From Tubiluchus corallicola (taxonomy: Eukaryota; Animalia; Priapulida), in the NCBI GenBank assembly GCA_030141605.1, contig JAQGDQ010000381.1, positions 159,711 to 223,710 on the forward strand: 64,000 nucleotides of DNA. Direction: 5' to 3'. Shown piece after piece: positions 1-13,264 of the stretch. Below the pieces are notes generated by a model that worked only from the letters and a program-made list of their open reading frames with translations, made no database searches and was not told the DNA's origin. Every line of letters begins with the position of its first letter. Position 1 is the stretch's first letter. A program made the translations under genes and the position numbers.

Positions 1-494
1 TATCAAACTACGGTTTTTATGAATAATAAAAAATAAAATGACTGGTCCACCTCAATTGTAGTCTGAATAGTATGGTTAATAGAATTCAGTAATAATATTG
101 TTGTGATTTAGTTATTAAACTATGTTCGTTAAGCCATGTGTACAGTGTTCTGCTAAGGTAATACAAGAAATCTTCGCATATTTGCTGAAGCTAGCAGTTA
201 AAATCGTAATGTGGTGCACTTGCGTGGGATTTCTTGCTCGGGAGGCTGTTCGAGATAGGCGTGGTAATTTCAGTCAAATTCTTGAGAATTGTACCGGTAA
301 TTATGTTTGAGTTACGTGATAATTCGAGTTATGGAACGTTTTGCAAAGAAAAAAATGAAAGGGAAAATCCGTTCCACAAGATTTGTTCAAGATACTCAAG
401 AATTCGAGTTACACCGGGTCGAGTTATGCATAGTTTATGTTCAAGCTACTCAAGAATTCGAGTTACACCGGGTCGAGTCGTGCATAGTTTACTG
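1..494. mobile_element. pogo/Tc1-like MITE family A, partial copy
   Basis: Homologous to 12036-12778 and 24833-25567; ends ...catagtttactg followed by TA. Confidence 0.75.
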
Positions 495-901
495 TAGTAC
501 TGTAGTCAATAAGCTTTGTGTTAGTCGAAACCTGGCATGAATTAATTTAGCTACAGCGAGGGTTTTTATTTGTGTGTTTGTGCGCTTAGTGACCAAAGTT
601 GAGCAACCCTGAGGGTAGTCACAAAATGGATGGGTGAAACCCAGGTTCGATTTTCACTTCCGAGGGTTTTTTACCTTTGTGTTTGTTATGTATACACAAT
701 AGATGAAGATTTCTCTGTTGGTCGAGAAGGTGCCTCAAGCATTGTGGCCTCATTTGTGTTAATGCATTAATAAAATCTGGATGATTCCCGGCTTTTTGAT
801 TAAATAAGTTTGAAAAATAAATTGCCGTTCCCGACACCACTGTGATTTAAACCACAACGATAACTTCGCTTATAACAGACTATGATAAAATGTGTGTTTA
901 G

Positions 902-1014
902 ATGGCTGACCTGAGCGGTCTTCAAGTGTCCATCGTTGAACAACAGTCCGAGATGCCGACGGTCAGCAAGTGTGGCATTCCGACTGTGTTAGCTGATCCG
1001 GACTTTAGACACGG
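902..1014 (+). CDS. CNOT11: CNOT11 internal exon ([38 protein letters not shown])
   Basis: tttag acceptor and gtatgt donor; phase 2 joins the 2121 exon; resembles the CNOT11 DISGLQ...QSELP...SILSDPD segment. Confidence 0.85.
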
Positions 1015-4000
1015 GTATGTTTAATACTCACTTGTAGCATCTACCAACTGGACAAGTCTGAAGCAGGCTGTTTTTTCTTAAGCCAAACTAAACCCTCAAT
1101 ATAATATAAGCTTTTATAACTTAAAATCCAACTCTCATTATGCATGTTCAATTTATTTGATTATAAACTTACTGTAAAACTTGTTTCTTTTGGTTTTTTA
1201 TCACTTCCTTGTTGGCTGTATTAAATATGAAGCATGCTGACAGACAGATGTGGCTCCACCTGGCAGTTAAACAGATCACATAGTGGAGATACGTTGAAAA
1301 ACAAGATTAAAAAACCAGCAACTCATTAATAAATGCTGATGCAATAATTATAGAGAAAAAATCATCAAACTCTTTACAGATATCCACGTTTTTTAGTTCT
1401 GTTTTCTGTCTATCTTGTCATGGCAATTACCCAGTAAGTAAAAAACTATTAGGCCTAAACAGGCGCTAGGTAGTAGTGTTAAATGCTATTGAAATATTTT
1501 TGCTAGAAAAAGTAATTATGACAAAGTTGAATTTACCAACTATGAAATGATAAATTGATGACTGACTGCTAAATCTTTTCACAGATATTTGCAAAAATAA
1601 AAAGATAATATAAATATTTTTAAGAACAACAAATGTGTAACATCAGGTTGTAATTGCTCATGGAAAGAAGCAGTTACCTAAACCATAACAATGGGCAATT
1701 TATTTAACATGGCCTCACTTTTGGCACTTATGAGTTGCAAGGCAATTTTAAATCTCCTTTATCTAACTATATGCTACACAAAGTAGATATAAATGCTTAT
1801 GAGCATAGATGATGTAAATGCTGTAACATGCTGATGAACATGCCTGCAAATGCTGTAAAAGTAACAGACTAAAGGTGATGAACGTAGATGATAAGGTATG
1901 TAAATGCTGATGAACATAGATGGTGTAAATGCTGTAACATGCTGATGAACATGCCTGCAAATGCTGTAAAAGTAACATACTAAAGGTACATGAGAAAAAA
2001 GTAGGCATGCAAAGACACGAATAAAATTTGTCATTATTGCAAAGTTAGTAAATTATCGGTATCTTTACATTATTTGATGGTATTTAAATTTTCTTATCTT
2101 ATCGTATCGATTTTTCTCAGTTTGTTCTTAGATACTGGAATAATGCATAAAACCATAGAAACAATATTGTCACCTGAGAGCAAGGTCACGGAGGGATGTA
2201 TCAAACCGGAGTTTATGCGACTAGCGCCACCAATTCATGCTAGTGAAGATGAGGTAACGTGACCTTACTGAAATCACACTCGTTGCAACCGTCGTATTCT
2301 AAACATACTGTAAGTCGCGCTTTCCATGTGCGTGTTTATGCTGACGCATTTCAGCATATGGGATAATATGTTTCCATGTGTGTGAATCGCAGAATTAGAA
2401 CGCTTGGTATCAAATACGCTTTCTGGTCAGGAATTTCTTCTGAAGTGCAGGTCCCATGAAACTGAGTACATACTCCAGCTATTCTGTTGACACGTGGGAA
2501 TATTCCTGGTATTTCCGAGTCACCAGAAGATAGTGTGCTTTCTGGTCAGGAATTTCTTCTGAAGTGCAGGTCCCATGAAACTAAGTACATCTCCAGCTAT
2601 TCTGCTGACACACGGGAATATTCCTGGTTTTTTCTGAGTCACCAGAAGATAGTGTGCTTCAATCTCTTGTCATTTCTTGAGTATGTCATGGACCCAGAAC
2701 TAGTGGCTCCTGCATTCATTAATGAGTGATAGTAATATTAATTGCGACAAACGATTCTTCTGTCTTCGTTAGAAAAGTAACATCAACATTTCCAAAATGT
2801 TGCTGGCCATGATTATTGTGACGGGAACACAAAAGAATTTCCTTCATAGCATATGGTGTTCTCAGAAATCTTTATTTCTGTATATATAAAAAAATGAAAA
2901 TAATAAATTTGACTGCTTTTCACTGCTTACAAATGTATAATAGTCTAATTATTATAATTTAAGATAATAAAGTAAACATTACTCACATCGTGTGGCTATA
3001 ACAACTTAATAGAACCTTGAAACGTCATACTGGTTTACAGCAAATCAGGTAAAGACGCTATACTTGAACATTTATCAAACATTAATGTTTGCTGAGGCTT
3101 CTGTGAGCGTGTTTAGCGAGGCACAACCTAATTTCCAACTTCACAGGTAAAATTACAGGTAAGTTCACATAGGTGCTGCCACCTACATGTTAAGGCCAGA
3201 AACTGACCTTAACAATTATGGTAATTGCACTGTCTGAGCGTATGGGAGTGTCCTTTGCCAAACTCACTAGCAGAAAAGTCGGTCTTCGAGGACTTCTCTC
3301 CCTGTGAGAAAATACCAGAATGCGGAAATGCCCACATTGAAACAGTAGCACATGGCTACAGTGAACTGACCTTTTCACGCGCTGCAACACACGTGGAAAG
3401 CGCATCGAATGTAGATAATTGTGTAAAATGCAGGTGTAAGATTTTGATTATTTTTTGTAAGTTGTTTAGCATTGTTGTTTGCTTTCATTGTATTTGCTGG
3501 TAGACTATATTATATAAACGATGTAACAAACAAATCTGCATAAAAATGACGTTGATTTAGAATGATTTATGGTTCTATGTACACTAAAAACAGAACTCCA
3601 TGTATGCGTAACACGAAATGCGCGAATCGTGATGTGTAGTGCATGTACAACAGTTTGTATTTAAATATGTGGATGTGTTTCCATGTGAATGTAATGTGCA
3701 CTCTGTAATGCGTGAACCATATTCATTCGGATGTGATCGTTATCACCATATTCATTCGGACGTGATCGTTATTGCGTCACATAGCAATACGAAGACCAGA
3801 AAATGCCATTGCTTAGGTGATTTAGCGAATTTTCAAGTTTCCGGTGACCATTTTTCCTGCTTGGCTTCTTAGTCAGGTGAATTTTGATCACTTCAGGACC
3901 TGCAGAAAGTAATATTTCTTCCAGTTGAGTTTTCGAGAGACGGAAAAAGCATCTAATGACCTTGTTGTGCATCTAATTGCAGTTCTCCCACTAATTAGCG

Positions 4001-7000
4001 ATAAATGATGTATTCTTCTTTCCCCTGTGCAAAAAGTTATGCACCAAAAACTTTGCTTTTTGGAATTTTACATCTAATAGTAAAATTTGTAAGCTAATGC
4101 CACTACTGTGATTATTTCTTTATCACTGTTCGGAAGATTTTTCTCTGCTTGCCCTTTAATCTAACGTTGTACTTACTTAGAATTGCCTATTTAAAACTTG
4201 GCTTCGTTATATGCGTTTAGTAGGTCAGCCAATCAGAATTGAGCACGTTTTTTAGTCTACTCATTGGAAGCGAAGAAATCGCCACGTCTTTTACTTTTTC
4301 TGTAATATTGAATTGAAAATAAAAGTTTTTGGGATTACTTCAAAACAATAAGTATTGCATTGAAATTTTGACAGAGACATGGCTTCCAGAAATTATTATT
4401 ACTTCCAATTTTTACTAACAACAACCAAAAATGGCTGTAAGAGTAAGTGGATAGCTTTCACACTCACACATGGAAAAAGTCAAAATGCATTACGGAACAT
4501 GAATCGGATATTACGCGCGAATTAATTCCTACCTTAATGCTAAACGAAAAATTTAAATGCATTCTTTCGTACAATAACTAAGTTCAGTGTGGGTTGCTAA
4601 CGCATTTTCTTACTTTAAAGATGGTGTGGATGAATCCTATAGAAAGTGATCACCAGGTGGCATGGGACTCCACGATGTGCATGACTAACTCGGCCGGTGT
4701 AGAAGCCAAGCGAATGATGGCTAAAGCATTTAAAGGGGCTCTCGTGCTGCAGCATCAGCAACAACTTCTCGCTGAATTAGAGAAAGATCCCAAGCTTGTT
4801 TATCACATAGGTTTAACACCTGCCAAGGTAAGCTGTGAGTCCTTATGTAAACGCTCTTCTGATAAATTTAACTTTTATTTTTCTTCTACATGAGGCAATT
4901 CATATCCGAGTGGTCACATGCTCGCCTAAGTTCCATACTCGCACTGGAATTTTTTTGCCATGCTGATTCTGACAGGTCACCTCATGGCAGAATGCACATA
5001 AGATTCAGCTGGCTCAGTGGCTCATCTTGCACAGTTATCCTTGATAAAAACGAGGTTGCAGTCTTGCCGCAAATATGGTGTTGAGTAACCATCCCGCTGA
5101 ATGCTTGATTTCCAGTGCAAAAAGCTCACTGTTTTTAGTGACAGTTTAATGCACTACAAAGAGTGACGCAGCACTCAATGACAGAACTTACTGCTGTGTT
5201 GACTGGTTGTGGAAGGACCAGAATGTAGCTAATGATCAGTGATTCAAACCAGGATTTGAATCATTTGAGATACTGAACCAGTAGAAGAGTCCAAGTTATT
5301 TTGGAGTGTGTATAATCAGCATAAATCATTTTTCCAATGAAAAAATCATGATTTGGATGTTTGAAATGGCTAGGAAATTTATGACTACTCAACTACTCTT
5401 TTTCTCATCTAACATAAGCATATTTTAGGGGTTATTGAATAATAAATTGCTACAAGATATTCTATGTAGGTTAAGTGACCATGGTAGTCACATGACAATT
5501 AGTGTTGTACAATGAGACTTAAAATTCGTTAGGCTGTTCTTGAAAAACAGTTTCCTGTCATGGTGGCTGCATTTTTTGCAATTTTTCAGTTACCGGATTT
5601 GGTGGAAAACAATCCATTGGTGGCTATAGAAGTTTTGCTAAAGTTGATGCAGTCAAGCCAGATCCAAGAGTAAGTGGTGTTTATGTTGAATAACTGAGTA
5701 AGCAGTTGTTGTGTTCAGTAATTGAGTACCTGGTTATTGTGTTGAGTAACTGAGCTAGTGTTGTTTTGCTGAGTAATAAAGTAAGTGGTTTTTATGTTGA
5801 ATAATTGAGTAAGCGGTTGTTGTGTTCAGTCGTTGAGTACCTGGTTATGAAGGTATGAAGGTTATTGTATTGAGTAACTGAGCTAGTGGTTGTTTTGCTG
5901 AGTAATAGAGTGAGTGCCTTTTATGTTGAATAACTGAGTAAGCAGTTGTTGTGTTCAGTCGTTGAGTACCTGGTTATTGTGTTGAGTAACTGAGCTAGTG
6001 GTTGTTTTGCTGAGTAATAGAGCAAGTGGTTTTTATGTTCAATAAATGAGTAATGCTGTTGTTGTGTTCAGTCATTGAGTAACTGGTTATTGTGTTGAGT
6101 AACTGAGCTAGTGTTGTTTTGCTGAATAATAGAGTAAGTGGTTTTTATGTTTCAGTAATCAGGTATGTGGTTGTTGTGTTGAGTAATTGAATAAGTTGTT
6201 GTTACAGTATTTGTGTTCATTCAGCATTGCTTACAATATTGTAATTTGGACTTTTATACGTTGAAACATTCTTTCATGAGTTAGTATGAGTACACGTAGA
6301 GTTTCATCAAGGTAAGCGTATAAGATTGTCTCTTTTTATATGTGCTGATTTTTCTTGTTTACATTTTTAGATACTTTGCTGTTCTAGTCAATATGGAAAT
6401 GTCATTGCATTCAATGGAAGTCGTCAACAGACTGACTACGGTGAGTTTTGTATAAAAGCGCTTAATGTTGAGGTTTTTAGCTTTGCTTTGTTGCAGGATG
6501 TGCTGTTTTGAGATTTAACTCCTTCAGAACCATAAACATTTGCTGCATTTTGCATGGGTTCATGAAAAACTGGTCTCACTAAGCAGCGGTTACATTGCAT
6601 TTGATAATTTTTATGGGTTTCTACTCTTCACACAATTTTCATGCAAAAATATACAAAAATGAAATGCATTTGCTTAGCTTAGACAAATTAAAAATCAATT
6701 TTTGACAAAAAATTTGAAAAAAATCTTTCAGTAACTGCAGTGTTTGTACTGCAACAATGTACAGTATCACTTGTGTGAAATCAGCTAATGCAGAAAATTT
6801 CAACTATCCACACACAACACTTTGATAAACTTTGGTCTCAAGTCTACTCTATTTTTAAGGGGAAATTCCTGTTAAAAGATGAAAGGACCTTAATTTATCC
6901 TTGGCTGATCAATTGGCTTTTCCTGGAACTCTAATAATTTCCTGGAAGCTAAATCAGTTGCTACTACATCAGCTGACTCACACAGTAAATCAGCTAGCTT

Positions 7001-10000
7001 GGCTGAAGTTGAGTCAGTTGCTACTACATCAGCTGACTCACACAGTAAATCATCTAGCTCGGTTGAAGCTGAGTCAGTTGCTACTACATCAGCTGACTCA
7101 CACAGTAAATCATCTAGCTTGGTTGAAGCTGAGTCAGTTGCTACTACATCAGCTGACTCACACAGTAAATCAGCTAGCTTGGCTAAAGTTGAGTCAGTTG
7201 CTACTACATCAGCTGACTCACACAGTAAAACAGCTAGCTTGGCTGAAGCTGAGGCAGCTGCTACTACATCAGCTGACTCACACAGTAAAACAGCTAGCTC
7301 GGCTAGAGCTAAATCAGTTGCTACTACATCAGCTGACTCACACAGTAACTCAGCTAGCTCGGTTGAAGCTAATTCAGTTGCTACTACATCAGCTGACTCA
7401 CACAGTAACTCAGCTAGCTTGGTTGAAGCTAAATCAGTTGTTACTACATCAGCTGACTCACAGTAAATCAGATAGCTTGGCTGAAGTTGAGTCAGTTGCT
7501 ACTACATCAGCTGACTCACACATTAAATCAGCTAGCTCGGTTGAAGCTAATTCAGTTGCTACTACATCAGCTGACTCACACAGTAACTCAGCTAGCTTGG
7601 TTGAAGCTAAATCAATTGCTACTACATCAGCTGACTCACACAGTAAATCAGCTAGCTTGGCTGAAGTTGAGTCAGTTGCTACTACATCAGCTGGCTCACA
7701 CAGTAAATCAGCTAGCTCGGTTGAAGCTAATTCAGTTGCTACTATGTCAGCTGACTCACACAGTAAATCAGCTAGCTCGGCTGAAGCTAAATCAGTTGCT
7801 ACTATGTCAGCTGACTCACACAGTAAATCAGCTAGCTTGGCTGAAGCTGAGTCGGTTGCTACTACATCAGCTGACTCACACAGTAAATCAGCTAGCTTGG
7901 CTGAAATTGAGTCAGTTGCTACTACATCAGCTGACTCACACAGTAAATCAGCTAGCTTGGCTGAAATTGAGTCAGTTGCTCCTACATCAGCTGACTCACA
8001 CAGTAAATCAGCTAGCTTGGCTGAAATTGAGTCAGTTGCTACTACATCAGCTGATTCACACAGTAAATCAGCTAGCTTGGTTGAAGTTGAGTCACTTGCT
8101 ACTACATCAGTTGACTCACACAGTAAATCAGCAAGCTTGGCTGAAGCTGAGTCAGTTGCTACTACATCAGCTGACTCACACAGTAAATCAGCTAGCTTGG
8201 TTGAAGTTGAGTCACTTGCTACTACATCAGCTGACTCACACAGTAAATCAGCTAGCTTGGCTGAAGCTGAGTCAGTTGCTACTACATCAGCTGACTCACA
8301 CAGTAAATCAGCTAGCTTGGCTGAAGCTGAGTCAGTTGCTACTACATCAGCTGACTCACACAGTAAATCAGCTAGCTTGGTTGAAGTTGAGTCACTTGCT
8401 ACTACATCAGCTGACTCACACAGTAAATCAGCTAGTTCATCTGAAGTTAGCTTAAAGATAAAAGCAGCTAAGTCAACTAAAGCTGCAAATTTGTTAATAT
8501 TACTGTACAGTTCTGCACGGGGCAAAGGTTGATGCTCGTGGTAGACTGCAAGCTAGTTTCAGTATGAAGGATGATCCTCTAAGATGAGCCACTGAACCGA
8601 CAGGTGCGTCTCAACCATTTAAAACCCTGTAAACATCCACTGTCGACGAGTGACAAAACTATGTGCAGTGTGAAACTGCCCTGAACCTTCATCCCACCTT
8701 TTGACATGTTGCTATGGTAACATGCACATCGTAATTATGCTAATTTAGATTTTTGTTCACTAGGCTGTGGAACTGCCAAAAGAGTTCATTCATCTGTACA
8801 TATCCAACTGCATTTCGACGTGTGAACAGATAAAGGATCGATACATGCAGAATCGCTTAGTGCGACTTGTGTGCGTCTTCCTTCAGAGTTTGATACGTAA
8901 CAAGATACTCGACGTGAAGGTGCGTTCACATTTCTAATATTGTAAAAAAAAATTCCCTCTTCTGCAGTTTATTTAAGGTGATATTTACACACTCGTATCT
9001 CGGTTTGCTGGACCTCGCTCTTACGGATAGTGGAAAAATCGGACCTCGCGGTCACTTTGTTTACATCATTATGTCAATGTAACCAAAGCGCCGTGTATTG
9101 ACACGTATGTAACTGGTATGTCACGAGCGGCCCGTACTAGACATTTTTGATGCAATTAGACGATTGATTTTGCATTACCATGAGTCTAATACACGGTGCT
9201 TACTGTATTAGCTTAGTATCAGTAAATACGGGCAATCGGCGATTTTAGACCGACGTTTCCCCGCTTTTGTCCAGCAAACCGAGATCTGAGTCTCTTCAAG
9301 GTAAAGTTTATCATCAGTGTACATTTTGCATCTAAGGGCCATTTCACACTGAGGACACAAGGAACGTGAATCATAGAACAATTGTCAGAAAATGAGAAAG
9401 TTTTCAGAAAGCTTTCCAGTATCTAAGGGCCATTTCACACTGAGAACACAAGCAAAGTGAATCACAGAACAATTGTCAGAAAATGAGAAAGTTTTCAGAA
9501 AGCTTTCCAGTATCTAAGGGCCATTTCACACTGAGGACACAAGGAAAGTGAATCACAGAACAATTGTCAGAAAATGAGAAAATTTTCAGAAAGCTTTCCA
9601 GTATCTAAGGGCCATTTCACACTGAGGACACAAGCAAAGTGAGTCACAGAACAATTGTCAGAAAATGAGAAAATTTTCAGCAAGCTTTCCAGTATCTAAG
9701 GGCCATTTCACACTGAGGACACAAGCAAAGTGAATCACAGAACAATTGTCAGAAAATGAGAAAGTTTTCAGAAAGTTTTCCAGTATCTAAGGGCCATTTC
9801 ACACTGAGGACACAAGCAAAGTGAATCACAGAACAATTGTCAGAAAATGAGAAAATTTTCAGCAAGCTTTCCAGTATCTAAGGGCCATTTCACACTGAGG
9901 ACACAAGCAAAGTGAGTCACAGAACAATTGTCAGAAAATGAGAAAATTTTCAGCAAGCTTTCCAGTATCTAAGGGCCATTTCACACTGAGGACACAAGCA

Positions 10001-11499
10001 AAGTGAGTCACAGAACAATTGTCAGAAAATGAGAAAATTTTCAGCAAGCTTTCCAGTATCTAAGGGCCATTTCACACTGAGGACACAAGCAAAGTGAATC
10101 ACAGAACAATTGTCAGAAAATGAGAAAATTTTCAGCAAGCTTTCCAATTTTTCTTGATATCGCAGGAAAATGCATTTCATACAGCCGCCATTTACTTGAA
10201 CTCGGGCAACCAAGCTTTCCCATCTACTAATTTCATCATGGAAATCGATGTTTTGAATGTGTGAAAGTTTCAATGCTGTTTCTGCGCGTTTGTATGTGTA
10301 TGTTTATTTGCCTTACAAAAATGCTTGGCACTTAAGAAGCCATAGGCTGTTGTTTCTCAATTTTGCTTTGAAGAGGGCTTCATCTTGGTAAGTCAGTTAT
10401 GATGAGACTACGGTGTTATTTTAAATTAAGAAATCATGTTTGTTGTTATCACACTTAAAGTCAAACTAAACCCTCAGTATAATATAATCTTTTACGATTT
10501 AAAATTCTACTCTGATTTTACACGAATATTCAATTTATTTTGTTATAAACTTGCTGTAAAACTTGTTTCTTTTGGTTTTTTATCACTTCCTTGTTTAAAT
10601 TTGAAGAACCGCCATTTTTCGTTGCGCGAGACGAATGACGTAATGAGTGCGGGCGCGAGGTCGTCAAAGATCAGTAAACGAACATCGGTAACAAACAGCT
10701 TTCTGTACTCCGCACGTCATTCTCGCTCACTCGCGCCAAAGATGTGAAATATCTTTACGACAATTCACGCGTGAGAAATTCATCGTTCGTTTGTAGTGGT
10801 ATTAAATTTCAAGAACCGCCATTTTTCTTTTTGAGAGACGAGTACAGTCACGAGGTTACCAAAGAGCGGCAACCAAAGGTGTTTTATGTACCTTGTATGT
10901 CATTCTCGCTCACTCGCGTCAAAGACGTCAAACATGACGATCTTTACGACAATTCACGCGTTCAAAATTCATCAGAAAAAAGTTATTTAATTTATAAGTT
11001 TCTTTTGTTTAATAATAACTGTGAATTCTTGCGTAATCATAATAATGCATTAAAAAACTTCATTGTCTGTTGATGTTATATAGTTGTTTAACTACGAGAA
11101 AGAGCTACATGTTGCTGCTTTAATTTTGTATTGTTTACTTGGTTTACATGATTGTTTACTTTGTTTACAGGATTGTTTACTTTGTTTACATGATTGGTTA
11201 CTTTGTTTACATGATTGTTTACTTTGTTTGCAGGATTGTTTAGTTTACATGATTGTTTACTTTGTTTACAGGATTGTTTACTTTGTTTACAAGATTGTTT
11301 ACTTTGTTTACAGGATTGTTTACTTTGTTTACATGATTGTTTACCTTGTTTACAGGATCTGTATGTTGAACTCCAGGCATTTTGCATTGAATTCAGTCGG
11401 ATTAGGGAAGCAGCTGCGCTCTTCCGGTTGCTCAAAACTCTTGACAGTGGAGAAGCTCTGCCTCCGAGCCAGTTGAATGAAAACTCAAAGTCGTCGTGA
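902..11499 (+). CDS. CNOT11: CCR4-NOT complex subunit 11, 5'-partial multi-exon gene (exons 902-1014, 2121-2253, 4621-4827, 5590-5669, 6371-6440, 8764-8919, 11356-11499)
   Basis: The spliced translation includes [29 protein letters not shown]...[137 protein letters not shown], recognisable as the CNOT11 C-terminal DUF2363 region. All junctions are GT-AG with compatible phases. The 5' exons lie upstream of the window. Confidence 0.96.
2121..2253 (+). CDS. CNOT11: CNOT11 exon
   Basis: ttctcag acceptor and gtaacg donor; encodes [17 protein letters not shown]. Confidence 0.9.
4621..4827 (+). CDS. CNOT11: CNOT11 exon
   Basis: tttaaag acceptor and gtaagc donor; encodes MVWMNP...HIGLTPAK. Confidence 0.95.
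5590..5669 (+). CDS. CNOT11: CNOT11 exon
   Basis: ttttcag acceptor and gtaagt donor; encodes [26 protein letters not shown]. Confidence 0.95.
5667..6200 (+). repeat. Tandem repeat of about 110-130 bp (about 4.5 copies) beginning at a CNOT11 donor site
   Basis: agagtaagtggt..ttatgtt recurs near 5667, 5778, 5907, 6019 and 6131; internal gagtaa subrepeats. Confidence 0.85.
6371..6440 (+). CDS. CNOT11: CNOT11 exon
   Basis: tttttag acceptor and gtgagt donor; encodes [23 protein letters not shown]. Confidence 0.95.
6945..8440. repeat. 60-bp minisatellite, about 25 copies, in a CNOT11 intron
   Basis: Columns align line to line; one 2-bp deletion near 7460. Confidence 0.97.
8764..8919 (+). CDS. 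CNOT11: CNOT11 exon
   Basis: cactag acceptor and gtgcgt donor; encodes [16 protein letters not shown]...RNKILDVK. Confidence 0.95.
8991..9291. mobile_element. Short MITE with 23-bp TIRs and a nested pogo-like fragment
   Basis: actcgtatctcggtttgctggac ... gtccagcaaaccgagatctgagt. Confidence 0.7.
9331..10146. repeat. 91-bp tandem repeat, about 9 copies, in a CNOT11 intron
   Basis: tctaagggccatttcacactgag... recurs every 91 bp. Confidence 0.95.
10455..10595. repeat. Interspersed repeat end shared with 1078-1215
   Basis: caaactaaaccctca...ctgtaaaacttgtttcttttggttttttatcacttccttgtt occurs at both loci. Confidence 0.6.
11129..11358 (+). repeat. 21-bp tandem repeat (11 units) of the CNOT11 final 3' splice site
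   Basis: Unit gattgtttactttgtttaca[g/t/a]; the last unit supplies the AG before GATCTG. Confidence 0.95.
11356..11499 (+). CDS. CNOT11: CNOT11 last coding exon
   Basis: tttacag acceptor; encodes [33 protein letters not shown]... to TGA. Confidence 0.93.
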   Translation, partial: DLYVELQAFCIEFSRIREAAALFRLLKTLDSGEALPPSQLNENSKSS

Positions 11500-12035
11500 T
11501 TTAGCCGCTGTTACGTGTAACGCTTCGTTGTAAATTCCCTACATGTCCGGAGTTTGTATGGAGCAGAGCTCTTACCCTTACCGCTGTGGTTGCCATTGCA
11601 ATTATCATGCGACTTTATGCTCTAAAGTTTTAGACAAGAGCTTTGGAGTGAGGCACACACTCAAAGTTAAGCAATGCTGAACCTTATTACTAAATGGATG
11701 GATGAAAAGTAAATTTCTAGGTAACTTTACCTCATTCAAGGAAGTGTGTAGCCCTCCAAACGTGGCTACGACTCTTCTGCCAGTCTTGTCTTGAACGAGT
11801 GACATCTTTGATTATGATCTAGATGCCAGTCCCGTCACAATCAGAAAAATAAAGGAAACTCAACAGCTGAGTGCCGGATAGCTGGCTTACAGGTGAAGCA
11901 ATGAAGTACTTCTTACGTAGAATAATATTTTCCTGCATTTATTGACCAGTGATTATGTGTAAACAACGTGGCTGGTGATGACATGATTATACTGTGTATT
12001 TATGTCACAAACTGTTTCATTTATTGCTTCAAGTA

Positions 12036-12778
12036 CAGTAAACTACGTTCCACTCGAACACGTTGGAGCCGCAAAATCTTTGTAGTTATGCGAAAGCTGG
12101 AGTTAGACAATGTTCATAAGAAAACAAGACTGAGTCACTCATCAACTTTGGACACACTAGTAACACTACAGCCTGTGAAAATGACAAACTGAACCTTTAA
12201 TCAAACAATTCAGGACGGGAACATTTGTTTGAGTTATTCGAGGGTACGAGTTAGACAACATTCGTAAGAAAACAATATTGAGTTACTCATCAATGTCAGA
12301 CAATACACTAGTAACACTGCAGCTTGTGAAAAAGACAAACTGAACCTTTAATCAAATATCAAACAACATTTTTTATGAATAATCAAAAGTAAAATGACTG
12401 GTCCACCTCTATTGTAAGTCTGAGTAGCATGGTTAATACAATTTGGTAATAATAATATTGTGATCTACATTAAATCATGTTAAGCCATGTTGTGTTCAGC
12501 GTTCTGCTAGGGTAATACAAGAAATCTTAGCATTTTTGCAGAAACTAGCAGTTAACATCGTAATGTGGTGCACACTTTCACGTAGGATTTCTCACTTGGG
12601 AAGTTGTTTGAGATGGGCATACTACTTTCAATCAGATTCTTCGGTTTGAGTTACGCGATAATTCGAGTTACAGATTTCCAGTTATGCAATGTTTGGTAAA
12701 GAGAAAAATGAAAGGGAAAATCCGTTCCAGGAGATCTGTTCGAGATTCCCAAGAATTCGAGTTAAACATAGTTTACTG
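12036..12778. mobile_element. pogo/Tc1-like MITE family A
   Basis: TA|CAGTAAACTA ... TAGTTTACTG|TA inverted termini; contains an internal duplication. Confidence 0.8.
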
Positions 12779-13264
12779 TATTTAAACGTTCAATTTTCCG
12801 ACATGTTGTACTCGCTGCAGACATTTCAAAATCTTGGCTAGTGTAATTAAGCAATACTTTACACATCATTCCCGTATTTGTTTGTTTGTACAGAAATGTT
12901 AATAAAAATCTAAACACTCAATCAGTAACAGATCTTGAATGAATTATGATTTATACTGGCAGTGAAATTACGATCAGAGATGTAACTTGTAGTTTTAGCA
13001 GTTAAATGCAACAATGATGTTTCTTGCTTTGACAAATTCATTAGAATCTGAATTATTAACAAATGAATTAGGAATTTTGTTCACGGTACAGGGTGGTACT
13101 TATGTAAGTTTTTGCTTATAGAGTACAAAACCTACAAGTATCAGTACAGAAAAATTTATTACATCAACATACAGTCCAACAATAGTGAATTTTGCATTCA
13201 AGATTTTGCATGGAGGCCTCTCGTGTCTTGCAAAGTGTGCAATTTGAACGCACGACTGAAGTAG

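Noticed and set aside
6901-8532. Long ORFs of 543, 355 and 322 aa on both strands
   Set aside because: They are products of a 60-bp unit divisible by 3 inside a CNOT11 intron; several frames and both strands are open, and a 2-bp deletion swaps frames mid-array.
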